Source of the DNA: Myxococcota bacterium
GTDB lineage: Bacteria > Myxococcota_C > UBA6777
Direction of reading: 5' to 3'
Assembly: GCA_023150835.1 (NCBI GenBank)
Contig: JAKLKB010000043.1
Location: 1-64,000 of the forward strand
Length of the DNA stretch: 64,000 bases
A program made the position numbers and the translations under genes. Below are positions 39,597-46,700 of the stretch, one piece after another. Within the stretch, counting starts at the first letter, position 1. Every line of letters begins with the position of its first letter. The notes below the pieces were generated by a model, which was given only the letters and a program-made list of their open reading frames with translations, did not search any database and was not told the origin of the DNA.

Positions 39597-40210
39597 CGTG
39601 TTATATAAAACTCCTTCGTATCTGCAAAGTTGGTAAGTGTTGAAAGCAAGTCAAATCCGCTTTTTTCATAAATATAATTAAAACTTTCCTCTCCTGTTCG
39701 TACATCCCACCCACCTGTTTTGCAGGCAGTAAGAGCAGCAGGAAGATTGTCCTCTCGCACGATCAGTAAAACAGGGCTAAATCCTCTTTCAGACAGTAAT
39801 GTTCCGTATTGTTTAAATTTCTTTAATGTTCCCGAATCTCCTGAACCGATTCTATATTTGGTATCAATAGCATCAGACCCGACAATACAATCACAAGGTT
39901 CATCCCTGTTTATTTGCAAAGCAGGTTGATAATCAGGGCAGTTAGCTTGAAAAACCTCCGTAACAAGCCGTTGCCAACACATTCCAAGTTCTCTTCCCCA
40001 ATATTGACGATTTTCTCTCTTTAGATCGGGAGTAATCCCAAAAATATCCATAAGAGGATCGCGGTCATCATTATCGTCTCCATAGGATTTATCACTGAAA
40101 GAGTTTTGGTAATGCTCCAAGATTCCTCTCAATAAACTTTCTATTTGTTCTGGTGGCATAAATTTTACTCCATTCTGTACAATAAATTCGCGGTTGAAAA
40201 GGATGCTCAA
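39593..40210 (-). CDS. Putative type II restriction endonuclease (PD-(D/E)xK-like)
   Basis: EPCD...AIDTKYR motif; translationally coupled to the methyltransferase; AT-rich. Specificity unknown. Confidence 0.75.
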   Translation of the reverse strand: MSILFNREFIVQNGVKFMPPEQIESLLRGILEHYQNSFSDKSYGDDNDDRDPLMDIFGITPDLKRENRQYWGRELGMCWQRLVTEVFQANCPDYQPALQINRDEPCDCIVGSDAIDTKYRIGSGDSGTLKKFKQYGTLLSERGFSPVLLIVREDNLPAALTACKTGGWDVRTGEESFNYIYEKSGFDLLSTLTNFADTKEFYITR

Positions 40211-40273
40211 TCAACCACAAAAAGTCAATCACTTTTCCGAGAATGCCGCATTTTTCTTGGCAACATGGCGAAT

Positions 40274-40408
40274 GAGATCGTACTTGAAACGTTGCGTATC
40301 CCACCACTCAACTGTAGCATTTTGGTTCGCCATCGCTGGCAGGTCGTTGTTTGGGCGTGCGGTCAAATAGCTGATCACCGAGGTTTCGATATAAACTTTA
40401 GGCTTCAA
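40274..40408 (-). pseudogene. vapC: PIN/VapC toxin gene, 5' fragment (codons 1-45)
   Basis: TTG start after an AGGTG RBS; MKPKVYIETSVISYLTARPNNDLPAMANQNATVEWWDTQRFKYDL. It now reads on into the cassette and stops at 40229 (59 aa, below the ORF-track cutoff). Confidence 0.85.
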
Positions 40409-40604
40409 TCAATCACCTGCTATTTTATGGGTTTGCGTGTCGGGGAGTTACATCCCAAGTTCCCTCGGTCCAAAAACTGTCATGGCAACGTTCATCACAA
40501 AGAAAATTCGTTGTCAAGCTTATTTTTTATGAGTTGTTTTGTGGCGTCTGGGAATGTTCGCCTTGAGACAGTCGGGCTTGTATCGACAAGATTTGCACAG
40601 CCGA

Positions 40605-40728
40605 AAAAGAAAAGCCGAGTTCGCGCCGTATCAAGCGGCAGGGCTGTTGGTTTGAAAAAGTCAGATCACCCCGCCGATATGGGGTCAAGGGGCGCAAGTC
40701 CCTTGCGGGGCGTGGGGCCGCGCCCCCC
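40605..40728 (-). repeat. Family A repeat, copy 9
   Basis: Shares GGGGTCAAGGGGCGCAAGTCCCTTGCGGGGCGTGGGGC exactly with copy 8. Confidence 0.9.
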
Positions 40729-40774
40729 AAAAACCAAAACGCCCCACAAAACCGCCCGACAGCGCAAGCCCTCT

Positions 40775-41254
40775 CTAAAGAGAGGTTGGATTGGATTCGG
40801 AGGCGACGGTCTGTTGCATAACGTCAGCAAGGTGGTAATGGCGGAGATCGAGCAAGATGGGGTAGCCTTCTTCGTTGAAGACCTCGAACAGGCCGTCAGG
40901 CGATTCTGTTTGGGAAATCGAGGCTTTTTGTGCTGGGGTCAGGTTGTTTTGCGATAAATCGAGACGCACTTCAACCGATTGTTTAAGAGAAAAAGAAACG
41001 GGTTTTTCTGTCGCACATTTTGCAAGAAAAAACTTTTTTGCTTCTTCGGCAGAAAAGACCAAGCAAAGCGAGATATACTCGATGGAGTGTTGTTCAGCAG
41101 AAAAAGCGCCACGCAACGCTCCGCTCTCTGCTTTAAGCCATTGTTCGGGTGATAATTCGACCAAAAAAGGCTCGTCAAAATCGACTTCCATCCATTCCGT
41201 ACCAAGGCTCAACTCAGAGCCGTCTTGTTCAAGAAGATCAAATCCGATACGCAT
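40775..41254 (-). CDS. Hypothetical acidic protein (159 aa), possible partner of the upstream effector-like protein
   Basis: AAGGA RBS; starts 34 bp after the stop of 41289-43556; no motif recognised. Confidence 0.7.
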   Translation of the reverse strand: MRIGFDLLEQDGSELSLGTEWMEVDFDEPFLVELSPEQWLKAESGALRGAFSAEQHSIEYISLCLVFSAEEAKKFFLAKCATEKPVSFSLKQSVEVRLDLSQNNLTPAQKASISQTESPDGLFEVFNEEGYPILLDLRHYHLADVMQQTVASESNPTSL

Positions 41255-41288
41255 AATTCGTGTCCTTTCTTTTTAGAGAATTTTTGTT

Positions 41289-43556
41289 TTAGGGAATGTT
41301 TGTGCCAGCAAGTCTGATGTAAGCGTTGCTATCCGATCCGTATCTGAGCAAAGCGTTTTGCAAAACCGTCAAGTTTTTATGGCCCTCACCAAAATGTTGC
41401 ACCAAGAGGGCTTTGAGAGCGGGTAGATATCCGTTCTGTGCTGCATAGTGGACGGCTTTTTCGATTTGCTGTTTTTCTTCTTCGCTGAGTGAGCCGCTTT
41501 TGATTTTGGGGGCCAGCGCGATGATGCCGTCCGCAGCGATTTTTGCTTGCCCGTCATTGTTTCCTTGAAAAGTGGCGGACGGAGAGAGAATTCGGAAAGC
41601 AGGCCCATCGCTAAAGCTCGGATAAAACCAAGATCCTGTTTTTTGTTGCAAGGCCAATTGCACGTTTTTGAGGCTGCTCTCACCGAGCCATTGCGTCAAC
41701 TGGTTTTTCAACTCAGCCATCATCTCGGGCTTGTCTTTGTATTTCAGGATGAGATTTTCGATAGCCTCTTGGTCGCTCTTGGACACAGGGAAGCTTTTCC
41801 ACTTGATCTCGCCGTTGAGGTTTCTTCCTTTGGAGATTCGATTAAAAATCGTGCAAGCATCTTTTTCGATCTCTGGCTTAGCATTGTAAGTGTCTGTCCA
41901 AACTTTTTTCAATGCTTCGAGCGCGGCTTGGTTTGCTTTGTTGGGATCTTTTGTGCGTGCAAGCGCTTCCTTGTAAGCCGTTTGCACAGCACCACGCGGA
42001 TAGAGCTTTTGGTGGTTTTTGAGTACAGCGAGAAGCGCAGGCTTGTTGCGTTCTTCGAATTGCGCCCACTCTTGTTTGGAGATAGCCCCCGTGTAGACCT
42101 GAGAGAGGTAGGCTTCCGAGCGGCCATACACCGTTTCCATGAGAAGTTGCGCTTTCGAAGCCCCTGCTTTCACGGATGCCTCGACCTTTCCGGCCTTGAC
42201 ATTGATCTCCAATTTGCCTTCTTTTTCGATTCCAACGTTCAAGAAAACGCGCCGATTCAATGGGCGAAATTCTCCATTTTCTTTCACGTCATTCCACTCC
42301 AAAGACACACCAACGTGCGCTGCATTGCCAAGTCGCCCTGCCAATTTTGAAAAACGCTCGTAAAGTTGATTCATGCCCTGCGCGGAAAGAGCAGGAAACC
42401 CCGCCTGTTTCACCAACCCTGCAAGCACAGCCATCGCTTTGTCTTTATGGCCTTTGAACAAAGCAACAGGTACTTTCGCGGACCATTTGATTTGTCGATA
42501 AGTTCCGTTGTTGGTAAAGACAGGGTCGCCCTGTTGTGTGTACTCCGTCTTTTCTCTTTGAAACTCGAGTTTGTGCTCACCGATGTTGAATTCGCCTTTG
42601 ATGTGGCTTTTTGTGGTTGTTCTTACACCCGGGACCTGTTGGCCGCTTGGCAAGGTGAAGGTTTGGCGCATTGTTTCAGCGGTGGCCTTTCCTTCGATGC
42701 TGACGGAATCGCCCGCTTTGGTTTTTCCTTCGACAGGAAGTCGCTTACCCGCGTTGGCTTTTGCTTCGACAAAGACAGAGGCTCCGTATTCCGTGATGAG
42801 CGTGGGAGGTTGATGGGGCAAAGAGACGGAAGCGGCCTTGAAGAGAGGTACGGGCAGGTGGCCGACGGCATTTGCAATCCATGCGGCAGCGTCTTTTGCC
42901 GAATCAAAGCGCAGCGTGATCTTGCCATTGGCTCCGACTCCTCCGCTAATCTTGAGAAAGTCCCCGAAACTAACTCCTGCTCTTGCGGCGGCTTCGGCGC
43001 TAAACTGGATCTGCACGTGTCCGGAATCTTCTTTAGAGAAAGAAAGGCCCAATGCAACAAAAACTCCCACGTGTCGTTTCAGAATTGTGCCTTTTTCGAT
43101 ACTCGCATCTGCCGAGACTTCAAATTTCACGAATTCGCCGCGTTTGTGAGCGGCTTGGTTCATCATCAATTCGAGTCCCTTGGCGGTGATGACTTGCCCG
43201 GGAACGAGCAGGATCTTGTTGGCTTCGTAAGCTTCGCGGATGGCTGCGGCGTTGTTGCGGGCAGGAGTTTCTGAAGCAGCCGTCTTTTTTTCTGAGCCTT
43301 TCGGCATTTTAGAAAATTGGTTTTCAGAAGAAGCCGACGAGGCTCGTACCTCTTTTGCTGAAGCTTGTTGGGATTCTTTGGATGATGTGGGGACTTCTTT
43401 AGAGGAAGCTTGCTGGGATTCTTTGGACTGTGGGGGGGCTATTTCGGCGTGGGTAGTGTTTTGGGGAGTGGCAGACGGACTCGAATGGGAAGGCATACGA
43501 GAGAACGATGGGCTGGGGGGATTGGAACTATTTGTTGGGTTCAAACGGGCGCTCAT
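41289..43556 (-). CDS. Large effector-like protein (755 aa) with Gly-rich beta domain
   Basis: AAGGAG RBS before ATG 43556; Ser-rich disordered N-terminus (SKESQQAS x2); no signal peptide; a segment aligns with 11114-13891. Confidence 0.75.
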   Translation of the reverse strand: MSARLNPTNSSNPPSPSFSRMPSHSSPSATPQNTTHAEIAPPQSKESQQASSKEVPTSSKESQQASAKEVRASSASSENQFSKMPKGSEKKTAASETPARNNAAAIREAYEANKILLVPGQVITAKGLELMMNQAAHKRGEFVKFEVSADASIEKGTILKRHVGVFVALGLSFSKEDSGHVQIQFSAEAAARAGVSFGDFLKISGGVGANGKITLRFDSAKDAAAWIANAVGHLPVPLFKAASVSLPHQPPTLITEYGASVFVEAKANAGKRLPVEGKTKAGDSVSIEGKATAETMRQTFTLPSGQQVPGVRTTTKSHIKGEFNIGEHKLEFQREKTEYTQQGDPVFTNNGTYRQIKWSAKVPVALFKGHKDKAMAVLAGLVKQAGFPALSAQGMNQLYERFSKLAGRLGNAAHVGVSLEWNDVKENGEFRPLNRRVFLNVGIEKEGKLEINVKAGKVEASVKAGASKAQLLMETVYGRSEAYLSQVYTGAISKQEWAQFEERNKPALLAVLKNHQKLYPRGAVQTAYKEALARTKDPNKANQAALEALKKVWTDTYNAKPEIEKDACTIFNRISKGRNLNGEIKWKSFPVSKSDQEAIENLILKYKDKPEMMAELKNQLTQWLGESSLKNVQLALQQKTGSWFYPSFSDGPAFRILSPSATFQGNNDGQAKIAADGIIALAPKIKSGSLSEEEKQQIEKAVHYAAQNGYLPALKALLVQHFGEGHKNLTVLQNALLRYGSDSNAYIRLAGTNIP

Positions 43557-43781
43557 GGGTGACTCCTTGAAAAGAAAGACGTGGGTCGTCTTGTGTTGTT
43601 GGCGTGTCGCCCCATGAACACAACGCATACCGATCTTCTGCTATTTCATTTTTTGCTTTATTTTCAACGACATTGATTTTTCCTTGAGAAAAGCAACGCA
43701 TCGAAGCGTTGTTGTTGTGCGGAGAACTGGACAGGACAGATGTCCAAGATCCGAACAGCGTGGACGCGACTCGCGAAGAAG

Positions 43782-46700
43782 TTAGGGTTGGAGGGATTCG
43801 CGTTGGAGGATGGAGATCACAGCGGGTCGAAGGAGCGCAGGCGCGATCACTTGGTCGAGCGAGCCGACGCGCACAGCGCGCTCAACGGAGTGGACTTGAT
43901 CGAACTCACGGGCGACATCCCCTTGTTTTTCAAGCAAGACTTCTTCGATGATACGGTCTAACTCTTCGCGCAGCCGGGGCTTGCGTTCTTCGGGGGCGAG
44001 TTGAAGTTGTTTGCGTGCAGCCGCGACACGGGCATCGGCTTCGGCGCGTTTTCGGACTTCGTGGGGGAAAACGACCGCTGCTGCGGGGGCACCGCCGATC
44101 ACCGAAGCGTAAGTGCCTTCCAAGGCGAGGGCCGTCATACGGGGATTCAGTGATTTGGAAAACACGACGTACGCGCCGCCGTGATAACGTCCGATCACCA
44201 CAAAGACCAGAGGGCCTTCAAAGTTGACGACGGCTCGTCCGATCTCGGCCCCCATCTCGAGTTGAAGTTTGCGCAAGGATTCGGGGCTTCCGTCAAAGCC
44301 GCTGAGGTTGGCGAGGACGACGACAGGGCGGTTTGCGCTTGCGGCGTTGATGGCGGACGCGACTTTTTTGGAGCTTTGGGGAAAGAGCGTACCACCCGTC
44401 CAAGTATCGGGACCATCAAGCGGGATGCGACCGCGTCGGGGCAGCGGGCGAGACTCAAAGCCGACAAGACAAACAGGAAAGCCACCGATGGATGCGTCCC
44501 AAACGACGGAAGTATCGGCATGGCGCATATTGCGATAACGTTCAAGAAAGCCGTTGTCTTGGTCGATCACAGCGCTCATCACAGCGCGGATCGCAAAAGG
44601 CTTTTTTCGGCCCGGGTTGGTGTGTTCTTGGAAGATCTCGCCAACCGTGACGAAGCCGTCGGCGGCGCTACCTTGGTAGGGCATCTGCATGATCGAGCGT
44701 TCGGCGGGATCGAGGGTGGGAAGAAGTCGGATCTGCGGTTCATTGCGCATCCGATAGCCATAGCGATAAAAGCGGAACAACAAAGCGTAAGCCTCGCCCA
44801 GATCGGCAGCGAAGTATTGGGCTTGTCCGTTGGGTCCCATGATCCGCTCGAATCCACCGATGCCGCGTTCATCTTCGGCAGCGACACCGCCGGAGTATTC
44901 GAGGGCTTTTTTGCCCGTCAAGACCATCGAAGAATCGGGCAGCATAATCAAGACACCGCGTGCGTGCATGAGCATGGTGGCTTCGGCGTTCCAGTAGGAC
45001 TGCGCGCCCACGTTGACGCCAGCGACGATGATGTGGATGTGACCGCCTGCTTGGGTAAAGTGGACAATACGCCGCAAGACTTTTGCGGTCCAATCGAGGT
45101 TTTCGGTTCCGCTGTCCATGGCGATCCGCGCTCCTGCGGAGATCGGCAACCATTCGACAGAGACGCCGAGTTCATCGGCGAGATCCAAAGCAGCGATGAC
45201 ACGGCGGCATTCGGGTTCGGCGAGGGCTCCCATCGCCATCGTCGGATCCGAAGCGATCCAGACACGGCGCATACCTTCGGGATAGCGGTCTGTTTCGTGG
45301 CTGATCACGCCCACCACAACACCTGAGCGATTTTCGCCATAAGGTCGGTGGACAGGCAACAATCGCGATCGCGAAGCATCGAGGTCGTATTCGACAAAGC
45401 GGCCATGCTTCATATCGGGGTGAGGAGCGGAAGCGGTCGCGGTTTCGCCTTGGAGCATACGGATGGTTTCGTAGGGATAGATCGCGCCGAGTCGACGGGC
45501 GCTGACGACTTTGATCTCGTAGGGTTTCATGGCGCGGATCGGCAACCAAGAGGGCGGATACTCCTTGACTTCGAGGCGGTGTCGTCCCGGCTTGTGGATC
45601 ACAAACACTCGGGTGCGCACTTCGCCTTCGACGTCGGCCCAACGTGCGCGGATCACGACTTTTTCGATCCCAAGGCCACGCGTGGAAGCTTCGAAGCGAT
45701 GGGACAATCGAGCGAGATCTCGGGCAGAGAAACGCACCACAGGTCGGACATACAACAAGATACGATTCCAATGAAGACGTCTTCGGACATCTTGGCGGGA
45801 CTGGATCTCACGGATCACGCGAAGGGCTTCAAAGTAGATCTGCTCGAACTCCCAGAGGTGTTCGTCGTGGGGATCTTCGGGAAGCTCGGAGGGGAGGTTG
45901 CGGACTTCACCGAGAACGAAGATGCGTACATCTTGGGGGTTGGCTTTGGCGGTGGCACGGAAAGCATAGATCTTTTCGGGGGCTTCGAGGCGTTCGAGGG
46001 TGAATTCTTGGAGGCGCCAGAGTTCGAGCCGAGAAGCCGCTTCGGGATGGATATCGCGCAGCAAAGGATCTTCGGTGATGCGCTCTTCGTGGAGGCGGTA
46101 GGTGCGGTGTCGGACGCGTTCAAGTCCATCGCACCAGTTGAGGTTCCATTGTAAAACGCCCGTCTGTTCGAGTTTTGCATCGCCCAAAAGAGCCTCGGCT
46201 TCGTTGCCCCATTGTCCGTGAGTGATGCGCCCGACGATCAATATCTCGACCATGCTCAAAGGTACGGTGGCAAGGGACGGATGATATTCTTTCCATGCAG
46301 AAAGTGCCGTCGCAAGGGTTTCAGGCGTACAGACGATCACACCAAGCTGTGAGCGCTCATGATGCGGAGCGATCTCGACACGGGCGACCCCCACCGGGCC
46401 GAGGTGTTGGATCTGTTTGACTTCGATACGTTGTTCGAGATACAGCCGCCCAAGCAAAAGAGGGATCAAGCGAGGAAGGAGTTCGTCTTGTCCGATGGAT
46501 CGTTGCAACAACGATGGAAACAGTGAAGCACGGGAGGCAAACAAGGCCCGCGAAAGATCTTCTTCGTCGTGGCTTCCTTTGGAGCAAGCGCGGAGGCGAG
46601 AAAACAGCGTATCAAGGTGGGCTTCGATCTCTTGGCGCCGTTGTACGTATTGCGAGCGTTCAAACAGCACATACAAGGCTTGACGGGCGTTGTCAGCGAC

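Larger units (their letters stand above)
38545..40272 (-). mobile_element. Integron gene cassette (1,728 bp) carrying a type II restriction-modification pair, inserted in vapC
   Basis: Begins TTCGCCAT, the exact complement of its own R'' ATGGCGAA(C); ends at the G of the attC GTT; AT-rich; flanks rejoin vapC in frame. Confidence 0.88.

Noticed and set aside
37840-43600. Complete integron or prophage around the RM cassette
   Set aside because: No tyrosine recombinase, attI or phage genes, and only one complete attC was found.
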